From: an uncultured Anaerolineaceae bacterium | GTDB taxonomy: Bacteria; Chloroflexota; Dehalococcoidia; Tepidiformales; Tepidiformaceae | Direction: 5' to 3' | DNA length: 48,141 bases | Assembly: GCA_964436025.1 (NCBI GenBank) | Contig: CAYTBM010000001.1 | Span: 8,619 to 56,759 of the forward strand | In this document: one piece after another, positions 29,020-36,366 of the stretch | Numbering within the stretch: position 1 is the stretch's first letter | Layout: each line of letters opens with the position of its first letter | Notes under the pieces: generated by a model | Database searches by the model: none | What the model was told of the DNA's origin: nothing | What the model saw: the letters and a program-made list of their open reading frames with translations, nothing else | Translations under genes and position numbers: made by a program

Positions 29020-29814
29020 CTAGCGTTCTTCCGGGAGAAAGGCGGAGAACTGGTGCATCAGGTCCGGGCCCTGGCGAAGGTGGTGACCGCCATCGGCAGG
29101 CAGGACGAGGCCGGTGACCCATCCCGCCTCGTCGCTGAGCAGGAAGGCGACGGAGTGGGCGATGTCTTCCGTGGTGCCCAGCCGCGAGACGGGCATGCGG
29201 CGAAGGTACTCCTGCACCGTCTCTTCGTTGCCAACGAGGCCGGCGGCCAGATCCGTCGGCACGAGGCCGGGCGCGACCGCGTTGACGCGGATGCCGTGCT
29301 TCCCGAGGTCGTCAGCGGCGCACCGGGTGAGCATGTTGAGTCCGGCTTTGGAGACGCAGTAGGCGGTCATCCAATGGTGAGTGTGCGTGCCGGCGATGGA
29401 GCTGATGCTGACGATGCTTCCGCCGCCCGAAGCCTTCATCAGCTTCGCCTCTTCGCGGATGCAGCGATAGGGGCCGGTGAGGTTCGTCTGCATAACGCGT
29501 TCGAAGTCGTCGGTCAGGCCATTCAAGACCGAGCCGACGGCACCGGTTCCGGCAGCGTTGACGGCCAGGTGCAACGCCCCGTGCCGTTGCTTCACGGCGG
29601 CGATCGCGGCCGCTACGTCGGCGTCTTTGGCAACGTCGCACTGGATGAAGCTGGAGCGCGCGCCCAGCAGTTCGACAGCAGCCCGGAGCGGGGCTTCGCG
29701 CCTGCCGGCGACGACCACGCTTCCGCCATCTTCAATGATCGCCGCGGCGCAGGCGAAGCCGATGCCGGTGCCGCCGCCCGTGACAAATCCAACCTTGTTC
29801 GAGAAACGGCCCAC
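29020..29814 (-). CDS. SDR family oxidoreductase
   Basis: NKVGFVTGGGTGIG, S..YCVSKAG, VAPG. GTG start with GGAGG upstream. Confidence 0.9.
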   Translation of the reverse strand: MGRFSNKVGFVTGGGTGIGFACAAAIIEDGGSVVVAGRREAPLRAAVELLGARSSFIQCDVAKDADVAAAIAAVKQRHGALHLAVNAAGTGAVGSVLNGLTDDFERVMQTNLTGPYRCIREEAKLMKASGGGSIVSISSIAGTHTHHWMTAYCVSKAGLNMLTRCAADDLGKHGIRVNAVAPGLVPTDLAAGLVGNEETVQEYLRRMPVSRLGTTEDIAHSVAFLLSDEAGWVTGLVLPADGGHHLRQGPDLMHQFSAFLPEER

Positions 29815-29851
29815 GGGAGTGCCTCCGGCTACGGTTCGCCGCGAGTATCGC

Positions 29852-30418
29852 TCAGTAGCCCCGACTGTCCCAGAGCAAATCGCCCTTGCCGGCGAGCTTC
29901 GCCTGGTAGCGCGAAGCGACGAAGAGCAAGTCGCTCAAGCGGTTCAGGTAGGGAATGACGAATTCGCCGACTTCTTCCTCGCGAGAGAGCGCGATTGTGG
30001 CGCGCTCGGCGCGGCGGCAGACAGTGCGGGCGACGTGGAGTTGCGCAGCCGGAAGGTCGCCGCCGGGGAGGATGAAGCTGCGGAGAGGTTCGAGGGATTC
30101 GTTCCACTCATCCATCCAGGATTCGAGGTCAGTGACGTGGTGCTCTTCGATGCCGGGGACCGCGAAGCGTTTCTTGTCGGACTGAAGGATGCTGAGGTCG
30201 GAACCGAGGTTGAACAGCACTTGCTGGATTACGAAAAAGCGGTCGCGCATGGACTCGTGAAGCCCCGCGCTTACGGTGACGCCGATGGTTGAGTTGAGTT
30301 CATCGACGGTGCCGTAAGCTTCGATGCGGAGGGAGTCTTTGCGGACGCGCTGGCCGCCCCCGAGGGCGGTCGTGCCGTCGTCGCCGGCGCGGGTGTAAAC
30401 GCGGTTGATGTGGACCAT
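29852..30418 (-). CDS. Cob(I)yrinic acid a,c-diamide adenosyltransferase, PduO type
   Basis: IYTRAGDDGTT-type N-terminus (VYTRAGDDGTTALGGG), AYGTVDELNS, LPGG, HVARTVCRRAER. Confidence 0.9.
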   Translation of the reverse strand: MVHINRVYTRAGDDGTTALGGGQRVRKDSLRIEAYGTVDELNSTIGVTVSAGLHESMRDRFFVIQQVLFNLGSDLSILQSDKKRFAVPGIEEHHVTDLESWMDEWNESLEPLRSFILPGGDLPAAQLHVARTVCRRAERATIALSREEEVGEFVIPYLNRLSDLLFVASRYQAKLAGKGDLLWDSRGY

Positions 30419-30525
30419 GGCCACTATGGTGCGCCACCGGCGAGCAGTCGTCAGCCCGTAGAGATGACGTACCGGCGGACGGCGGGCGACAATGCGCTGG
30501 CGGGAGCACCCCGCAGAGGGACATA

Positions 30526-30762
30526 ATGCCGAACGAAGAGCAGCGCTGTATCCGGTGCCACGCGGTGTACTCCGGTGCGCCGTATCTCATGGCGGGGCGG
30601 AAGTTCTGCTGCCAGAGTTGCTCCGTCGGCTCTGCCTGCGAGCACCAGGGTGTGCACCGCCCCACGAGTGTCCGGCGGTACGACTCAATGTTTGACCGGT
30701 TCCGGCAGGTTGCGCGCGAGAACAGCCCGTACGAGGTCCAGAAGGGCCCCTCGCTGCACTGA
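30526..30762 (+). CDS. Small Cys-rich protein, TRASH/YHS-like metal-binding motif
   Basis: 78 aa. C8-x2-C11-x16-C28-C29-x2-C32-x5-C38-x-H40 (CIRCHAVYSGAPYLMAGRKFCCQSCSVGSACEH) resembles the TRASH pattern C-x2-C-x19-22-C-x3-C. GC3 of about 85% supports coding. The SD is weak. Confidence 0.55.
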   Translation: MPNEEQRCIRCHAVYSGAPYLMAGRKFCCQSCSVGSACEHQGVHRPTSVRRYDSMFDRFRQVARENSPYEVQKGPSLH

Positions 30763-30963
30763 TCCAAAAGTTTACGAACCGCGTCGTCATAACATCGCCG
30801 CTGAGCGCTGGGTGCTGGCTATAGTCGCGTGCGAGGGTTCGGCGCCTCTCCCAGGACAGGTGCTCGACCCGCCGGCCGAAGACTGGGTGGAGGAGGCGCG
30901 CCCGCCCGCGTCCACCAACGCCCGGCGCCGACCCTCACCTTTCCCCTCGTCTGGTGCGACGCC

Positions 30964-31392
30964 ATGGCAGTCGGTACGATGCCAGCGGTGCCGCAAGAAC
31001 AGCGTTACGAAGTGAACCGACCGGATGTGGTGGACGAGAGCGTCGATGGCGAAGTGCTGATCGTGCATCTCGGCACCGGCACCTATTACAGTTCACGGGG
31101 CGCGGGCGATGCCGCGTGGCAGCTGCTCGCCAGCGGGCGGACCCCTGGCGAAGCGGCGACTCCGCTCGGTCAGGACGAGGCCGCCCTGCGGGATTTCCTG
31201 GCCGAACTGGTGGAAGAAGGTCTGCTTCGCACTCGCGGCTCAGAACCTGACGGGTTGCCCGAATTCCAGCCGGTGCCAGGGCCGCTCGTGCTGGAAAAGT
31301 ACACGGACATGCAGGAGCTCCTCCTCCTCGATCCGATCCACGACGTGGACGACGAGGAAGGCTGGCCGAATGTCCGCGCTGGTGGCGCCTGA
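30964..31392 (+). CDS. PqqD-family peptide-chaperone-like protein (RRE-type) with acidic C-terminal extension
   Basis: VDESVDGEVLIVHLGTGTYYSSRGAGDAAWQLLASGRTPGEAATPL...LRDFLAELVEEGLL matches the PqqD pattern (beta strands, then N..g..iW.ll.g.t..ei, then a helix ending in G-L-L). The start is uncertain (ATG 30964 or 30979; the frame is open from GTG 30829). Confidence 0.75.
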   Translation: MAVGTMPAVPQEQRYEVNRPDVVDESVDGEVLIVHLGTGTYYSSRGAGDAAWQLLASGRTPGEAATPLGQDEAALRDFLAELVEEGLLRTRGSEPDGLPEFQPVPGPLVLEKYTDMQELLLLDPIHDVDDEEGWPNVRAGGA

Positions 31393-32431
31393 CGTGGAGG
31401 CCTGGCCCGGCGAGCGACGAGCGTTTGACGACCTGGAAGCAGCATTCGTCGCGGCGTCGGCCGGCGGGGTCATCGCGCGGCTGCTCAATGTGGGCGGGCA
31501 CAAGGTCAGGCTCGAGTTCGCGGGTGGCGGGCTGTTCGAGGCGATGTTCCGGCCGTTTGCCCATCTCGAGACGTCGGGCGAACCGGAGATAACAATTAGC
31601 TGCTGGGACAGCGAAACCACCGGAGTCCCACTGCCGGCAACGGTGAACTGTGGTGAAGTGGCGACGCAGAGCCTCCCTGCGTTGCAACGCGACCTCCCGC
31701 GCCGCTGGGCGCTGACTCGCCCGGACCCTGGTTTGAGCGCGTATTCGCGGGACGATTCGAGAGGTATCTACTGGTGGCCGGCCGCCAGCGAATTAACGTA
31801 CGGCGACCTCGCCGGTGGCCTGCGGGCGATTATCAACTGGTCCATGGCCGACCGCGGGCTGCACTTTCTGCACACGGCGGCCGTTGCCCAGGACGGCGTT
31901 GCGGCGCTGATTGTCGGGCAGAGTGGTTCGGGCAAGTCCAGCACCGCGTTAACGTGCCTGCTTGACGGACTGGACTACCTCGGCGACGACCACTGCCTGG
32001 TTGACCCGGCCGGGACGCCGACCGTCCACGCGGTGTATGCCGCGGCGAAGCTGCACACAGGACAATTGCGGCGCTTTCCGGAACTCGAAGCGCATTTGGT
32101 GAACCCTGACCGCGACCCAACGGAGAAGGGCGTGGCGATCCTGTATCCGCATTTCGCGAAGCAGCTGCCGCTGCACCTGCCAGTGGCGGCGTTGCTAGTC
32201 CCGGTGATTGGTGAGGCGTTGGTAAGCCGGATCGAGCCGCTCTCCCGCGGGGCCGCACTGCTGGCGCTGGCGCCCAGCACGCTGCTCCAGATGGCGGCCG
32301 CCGACCGGTCCGGGTTGGGACCCATGGGTGAGCTGGTCCGCAAAGTGCCCTGCTACCGAATCGTCCTGGGTTCCGACCGCTCGTCAATCGCGGCCGAAAT
32401 CGCCAACCTGCTCCGCCGGGCTACGAAGTGA
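31370..32431 (+). CDS. HPr-kinase/phosphorylase-related P-loop protein (HprK-related kinase)
   Basis: LHTAAVAQDGVAALIVGQSGSGKSSTALTCLLDGLDYLGDDHCLV parallels the HPrK/P core HG.lv...G.GvLi.G.SG.GKSe.AL.L...Gh.L.aDD. The start overlaps the PqqD-like gene by 23 nt. GAGGAAGG upstream. Confidence 0.8.
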   Translation: MSALVAPDVEAWPGERRAFDDLEAAFVAASAGGVIARLLNVGGHKVRLEFAGGGLFEAMFRPFAHLETSGEPEITISCWDSETTGVPLPATVNCGEVATQSLPALQRDLPRRWALTRPDPGLSAYSRDDSRGIYWWPAASELTYGDLAGGLRAIINWSMADRGLHFLHTAAVAQDGVAALIVGQSGSGKSSTALTCLLDGLDYLGDDHCLVDPAGTPTVHAVYAAAKLHTGQLRRFPELEAHLVNPDRDPTEKGVAILYPHFAKQLPLHLPVAALLVPVIGEALVSRIEPLSRGAALLALAPSTLLQMAAADRSGLGPMGELVRKVPCYRIVLGSDRSSIAAEIANLLRRATK

Positions 32432-33117
32432 ATCCCCTCGTCTCGGTCATCATCCCGGTCTTCAACGGCGAGCGGTTCCTGGGGGAAGCCATTTCGTGCG
32501 CGATCGCGCAGGACTACCGCCCCATCGAGGTGATAGTTGCCGATGACGGGTCAACCGACGGCTCAGCTGTGCTCGCCCGATCGTTCCCAGGCGTGACCGT
32601 GCTTGAGCTGGAACACACAGGCGTATCAGTGGCACGCAACGCAGCGGTTGCCGTGTCGCGAGGGGAGTGGTTGGCGTTTCTCGATGCTGACGACCTCTGG
32701 TACCCAGAGAAGATTGGCAAACAGGTCGCGCTGGGCTCGACCAGCCCGAACATCGGGATCGTCCTTTGCGAACAGATGCACCGGTTCGACGCCGTGCCTT
32801 CGTGGTGGGTCTGGCCGACCGAACCCAAGAGTAAGACGTGTTTCGAACCCAGTGCATGGCTCGTGCGGAGGACGGTGTTCGACCACGTCGGCGGCTTCGA
32901 GGTCGGGCGTGCGCTGGGTGAGGACCTGAACTGGCTCATGCGCGCCTGGAGCCTGAATGTGCGGCATCGCGTCGTGCGGGAGACGCTGATGAACCGGCGC
33001 ATCCATGAGACCAACGCCTCGGCGCAGTTGCCAACCGCCGAACTGCAACTGATTGGGCTCATCCGCGAGTCGGTTGCCATCAAACGGGCACTACGGGCGG
33101 AGGCGCGAGATGCCTGA
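32428..33117 (+). CDS. Glycosyltransferase family 2 (paralog 1 of 4)
   Basis: VSVIIPVFNGERFL...DDGSTDGS...ARN...FLDADD (DxD)...RRIHETNAS. GTGA overlap with the upstream stop. Confidence 0.9.
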   Translation: MNPLVSVIIPVFNGERFLGEAISCAIAQDYRPIEVIVADDGSTDGSAVLARSFPGVTVLELEHTGVSVARNAAVAVSRGEWLAFLDADDLWYPEKIGKQVALGSTSPNIGIVLCEQMHRFDAVPSWWVWPTEPKSKTCFEPSAWLVRRTVFDHVGGFEVGRALGEDLNWLMRAWSLNVRHRVVRETLMNRRIHETNASAQLPTAELQLIGLIRESVAIKRALRAEARDA

Positions 33118-33790
33118 CCCGCTGGTTTCGGTGGTTATCCCGGTCTACAACGGCGAACGGTTTCTCGAAGCCGCCCTGCGGAGCGTTGGGGCGCAGACAT
33201 ACAGGCACTTGGAGGTGTTCGTTATCGATGACGGGTCCAGCGACGCCAGCCGGACGATTGCGCAAGGGTTCGCTCAGTTCAACGTAATTGGAGGGGCGCA
33301 TCGCGGGGTGTCCGCGGCGCGCAACCTGGGCGTGGAGCAAAGCCGAGGCGAGTTCATCGCGTTTCTGGACGCGGATGACATCTGGTATCCCGAGAAGATT
33401 AGCGCGCAGGTCGCACTTGCGGAGGCGGAACCCCGCTGGGGACTCGTGACCGTCCTCCAGGATTACCTGTTCGAGGGCCCGGTCCCAGAGTGGTTTCGCG
33501 GGCCGGTGGACGGCGGTACTGAGGCCGGATTCATGCCGAGCAGCTGGCTCCTGCGCCGAGCCTGGTGGGACGCAGTTGGGCCGTTCGACACAACGATGAC
33601 CCACGCGGAGGATGTCGATTGGCTGGCGCGCGCGCGGGACCACGGCCTCAAATCCGGCACCGTGGAGCAGATCCTGCTCACGCGCCGCATCCACGATGCG
33701 AATGCGAGCGGAGTTGCTCGAGAATCACGGGCGGGACTGATGACGGCGTTGCGCGGCTCTTTGCAGCGGAAACACGCGGCGCTGCCATGA
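33110..33790 (+). CDS. Glycosyltransferase family 2 (paralog 2 of 4)
   Basis: VSVVIPVYNGERFL...DDGSSDAS...FLDADD...RRIHDANAS. 8-nt overlap with paralog 1. Confidence 0.9.
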   Translation: MPDPLVSVVIPVYNGERFLEAALRSVGAQTYRHLEVFVIDDGSSDASRTIAQGFAQFNVIGGAHRGVSAARNLGVEQSRGEFIAFLDADDIWYPEKISAQVALAEAEPRWGLVTVLQDYLFEGPVPEWFRGPVDGGTEAGFMPSSWLLRRAWWDAVGPFDTTMTHAEDVDWLARARDHGLKSGTVEQILLTRRIHDANASGVARESRAGLMTALRGSLQRKHAALP

Positions 33791-34473
33791 AACATCAGAT
33801 TTCGGTGATCATCCCGGTATTCAACGGTGAGCGGTATCTCGGAGAAGCGCTTGATTCGGCGCTGGCGCAGGAACCTGCCCCGCTCGAAGTTATCGTCGTG
33901 GACGACGGGTCGACCGACGGCTCAGCCGCGATCGCGGAAGCGCGCGATCGGGTGCGTTGCATCCGTGTCGACCATGCGGGCGTTTCCGCCGCCCGCAACC
34001 GCGCCATCGTGGAAGCGCGCGGCGAATGGCTCGCGTTTCTCGACGCAGATGACCGCTGGCTCCCAGGGAAGCTTGCCCACCAACTGGAGGCAGCCCAGGC
34101 GCGGCCTGACGTTGCCATCTTCCTTGGCGTGAAGCGAATCTTGATGGATGGGCCAGCGCAGGAGTGGTACGACGGGCCGGGGGACGGGGAGGAACTTGCT
34201 TCGTACGAGCCGTCGGTCTGGCTCGTGAAGCGTTCAGCATTCGAGCAGGCTGGGCCGTTCGACGTGACTATGGCGATTGGCGAGGATACCGATTGGCTCG
34301 CCCGCGCATCGGACGCGGGGCTTCGGATGCACGTGTGCGAGCAGGTCCTGACCGAACGGCGGATTCACGCCGGCAACGCCTCCGGGGTGCGGTACGACCG
34401 ACGTGGCTTGATGCTGGGCATTCTCAGGGACTCGGTCCGACGCAAACGTCCGGTGACCGGGGAGGCACCATGA
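33787..34473 (+). CDS. Glycosyltransferase family 2 (paralog 3 of 4)
   Basis: ISVIIPVFNGERYL...DDGSTDGS...FLDADD...RRIHAGNAS. ATGA overlap. Confidence 0.9.
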   Translation: MKHQISVIIPVFNGERYLGEALDSALAQEPAPLEVIVVDDGSTDGSAAIAEARDRVRCIRVDHAGVSAARNRAIVEARGEWLAFLDADDRWLPGKLAHQLEAAQARPDVAIFLGVKRILMDGPAQEWYDGPGDGEELASYEPSVWLVKRSAFEQAGPFDVTMAIGEDTDWLARASDAGLRMHVCEQVLTERRIHAGNASGVRYDRRGLMLGILRDSVRRKRPVTGEAP

Positions 34474-35117
34474 GCGACCCCTTGGTGTCGGTGGTGATCC
34501 CCGCGTTCAACGCCTCGGCTTTCGTGGGCGAAGCGATCGGTAGCGTGCTCGCAGAGGAGGGCCCACGCTCCGAAATCATCGTCGTTGACGACGGCTCGAC
34601 AGACGGCACGGCCGACGTCGCCAAAGGATTCCCGGAAGTGCGGCTGATCAGCCGGCCGAACGGCGGGATCGGCGCCGCACGGAATACCGGCCTGCGATTC
34701 GTCCGCGCGCCGCTGGTGGCTTTCCTGGACGCCGACGACATTTGGCCACGGGGGCGGCTCACAGCACTCCTCGACGGCCTGGCGCCGGACGTTGACGCCG
34801 TTTTCGGGCAGGCTGTGCAGTTTGGTGAGGCGCGGGAGGAGACCGTGCCTCAATCGGCGCTGGTAGCCGGCACCATGCTGATCCGGCGGGAGGTCATCGG
34901 CCGGATTGGGGAATTTCGCGAGGAGCTGAAGGTGGGAGAGTTCGTGGACTGGTGGGCGCGTGCGGAGGAGGCGGGAGTGCGATCGAGGCAGATCGACGAG
35001 GTAGTGCTGCGACGCCGCATCCACCGCACGAACACGGGCATTCTCCAGGCAGGCAGCCGCGTGGAATACACGCGTGTATTGAGGGCCGCGTTAGAGCGGC
35101 GGCGGGGCGCCAGCTGA
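34470..35117 (+). CDS. Glycosyltransferase family 2 (paralog 4 of 4, most divergent)
   Basis: VSVVIPAFNASAFV...DDGSTDGT...FLDADD...RRIHRTNTG. ATGA overlap. Confidence 0.9.
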   Translation: MSDPLVSVVIPAFNASAFVGEAIGSVLAEEGPRSEIIVVDDGSTDGTADVAKGFPEVRLISRPNGGIGAARNTGLRFVRAPLVAFLDADDIWPRGRLTALLDGLAPDVDAVFGQAVQFGEAREETVPQSALVAGTMLIRREVIGRIGEFREELKVGEFVDWWARAEEAGVRSRQIDEVVLRRRIHRTNTGILQAGSRVEYTRVLRAALERRRGAS

Positions 35118-35152
35118 CCGCGCCGTCGCTGCGTCCGCCCAATCCAACGCAA

Positions 35153-36235
35153 TTGGCGGCACTCCAGTGCGCGTTGTTGCCGTCCCGGCAGGCCCTCGAA
35201 GCGTGGGCGCGCCTGCGCGAGCGGTCCGACGAGCTGGACAAGACCGACATCGCAACCTTCCGAATGCTTCCGATGGTCTATCGGAACCTGCGGAACGCGG
35301 GGCTGGACGAGGCGGAGATGACGCTGCTCAAAGGCGTCTACCGGCAGTTCTGGCTCAAAGCCCGGATCACGCTGCGGTCGGCAGACCTCGCCATGCGCCG
35401 GCTACGCGCAGCCGGGGTGGAACCGGTCGCATTGAAGGGGCTGGGGCTGCTTGCAACCGCCTACCCGGAGTCAGCTCTGCGTCCGATGCACGACCTCGAC
35501 TTCTTGCTCCGTCCGGGCGAGTTCAAGCGCGGCTTCGAAGCGTTGAGCGCGGCAGGCTGGAAGCCGCTGCGCGGAGGGGCGGATGAGTACTTCCGGCGGC
35601 TCAAGACATTTCACGCGCTCCCGGTGGTGTCGCCCGACGGGCTGGAGATCGACCTCCACCGGTACATGCTCGAAGAGAATTGCTTCCCTGGGGCCGACGA
35701 CCGATTGCTCGGGCGGCTGCGGCAAGGCGTCGTGGACGGGATACAGGTCACCACGCTGTCCGCGGAGGACCTGGTGATCAACGCCTGCGTCCATGGCGTG
35801 CGCTGGGACCCCGTACCGCCGCTGCGGTGGGTGGTGGACGCGGTGATGGCCATCCGCTCTGCCGGGGATGCATTCAACTGGATGTATCTGGAAGGTGAGG
35901 CCATGGAACGTGGGGTGTCGCTGGCCATGGCGGCGGCGTTGAGCTTCGCGCGGGAGTTCGAGCCGGCTATCCCTCCGAGGACGATCGAGGCGCTGGCGGG
36001 CAGGCGCCACGGCCGGCTGGAACGGTGGGACTTCCGATTCCAACAGGGGGGCTACTCGGCGCCTGTCCAGGTTGGCCGGTATGTGACGCGCTACATGCGA
36101 CTCTCGTCCCGCCGCGGTCAAACCCGGCGGCTGCAGGAGTTCCCGCGGTATCTCGCGGCGATGTGGGAACTGGACAGCCCGCGCAGCGTCCCCGCTGAGG
36201 GGGTCAAGCGGCTGTGGACGGCGTTGCGAAGGTGA
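35153..36235 (+). CDS. Nucleotidyltransferase family protein (PF14907 / NTP_transf_5-like)
   Basis: VEPVALKGLGLLATAYPESALRPMHDLDFLLRPGEFKRGFEALSAAGWKP matches the characteristic LKG...R.m.DiDlLv core of this family. The stop is firm. The start is uncertain: there is no in-frame ATG/GTG between the GT2-4 stop and ATG 35264, and candidates are CTG 35114 (CTGA overlap), TTG 35153 and ATG 35264. Confidence 0.75.
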   Translation: MAALQCALLPSRQALEAWARLRERSDELDKTDIATFRMLPMVYRNLRNAGLDEAEMTLLKGVYRQFWLKARITLRSADLAMRRLRAAGVEPVALKGLGLLATAYPESALRPMHDLDFLLRPGEFKRGFEALSAAGWKPLRGGADEYFRRLKTFHALPVVSPDGLEIDLHRYMLEENCFPGADDRLLGRLRQGVVDGIQVTTLSAEDLVINACVHGVRWDPVPPLRWVVDAVMAIRSAGDAFNWMYLEGEAMERGVSLAMAAALSFAREFEPAIPPRTIEALAGRRHGRLERWDFRFQQGGYSAPVQVGRYVTRYMRLSSRRGQTRRLQEFPRYLAAMWELDSPRSVPAEGVKRLWTALRR

Positions 36236-36238
36236 GGC

Positions 36239-36322
36239 TGGTACCGGGGGAGGGATTCGAACCCACACGCCTTGCGGCCGCCGGGTTTAAGCCAGCTGCG
36301 TCTGCCATTCCGCCACCCCGGC
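36239..36322 (-). tRNA. tRNA-Leu (anticodon TAA)
   Basis: Reverse complement: gccggggtggcggaatggcagacgcagctggcttaaacccggcggccgcaaggcgtgtgggttcgaatccctcccccggtacca. Class II tRNA with a long variable arm, anticodon loop cuUAAac, ttcgaat T-loop and encoded CCA. Confidence 0.85.
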
Positions 36323-36366
36323 GAGAGCATTGACTCTACCCGACGCGGAGTTCCCGCGGTACGGCG

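Noticed and set aside
30492-30695. 67-aa ORF in an alternative frame overlapping the Cys-rich 78-aa ORF. Also the 146-aa ORF 30575-31015 as a whole.
   Set aside because: Arg/Ala/Pro-rich translation without motifs. The 30526-30762 frame has a much stronger third-position GC bias and an ordered Cys pattern. Only the distal part (30812-31015) is kept as a weak precursor candidate in the findings.
34952-35116. Upstream part of ORF 34952-36235, read as an N-terminal extension of the nucleotidyltransferase.
   Set aside because: It lies entirely inside GT2 paralog 4 in another frame. Its translation (MGACGGGGSAIEADRRGSAATPHPPHEH...) is low complexity, and the family-like sequence starts only after the GT2-4 stop.
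30964-36235. Lasso-peptide biosynthetic cluster (PqqD-like B1 plus HPr-kinase-like tailoring enzyme, as in paeninodin).
   Set aside because: No Asn-synthetase-like lasso cyclase, no transglutaminase-like B2 protease, no short precursor with a Gly/Thr-penultimate leader, and no ABC exporter anywhere in the window. Only the accessory-type genes are present.
30425-36322. Genomic island integrated at the 3' end of tRNA-Leu (36239-36322), with the PqqD/HPrK/GT2 operon as cargo.
   Set aside because: The tRNA 3' end does face the operon, but I found no direct repeat of the tRNA 3' segment (ggtaccgggggagggattcgaa) at the other boundary. There is no integrase or recombinase gene, and no evident GC or codon-usage break relative to neighbours.
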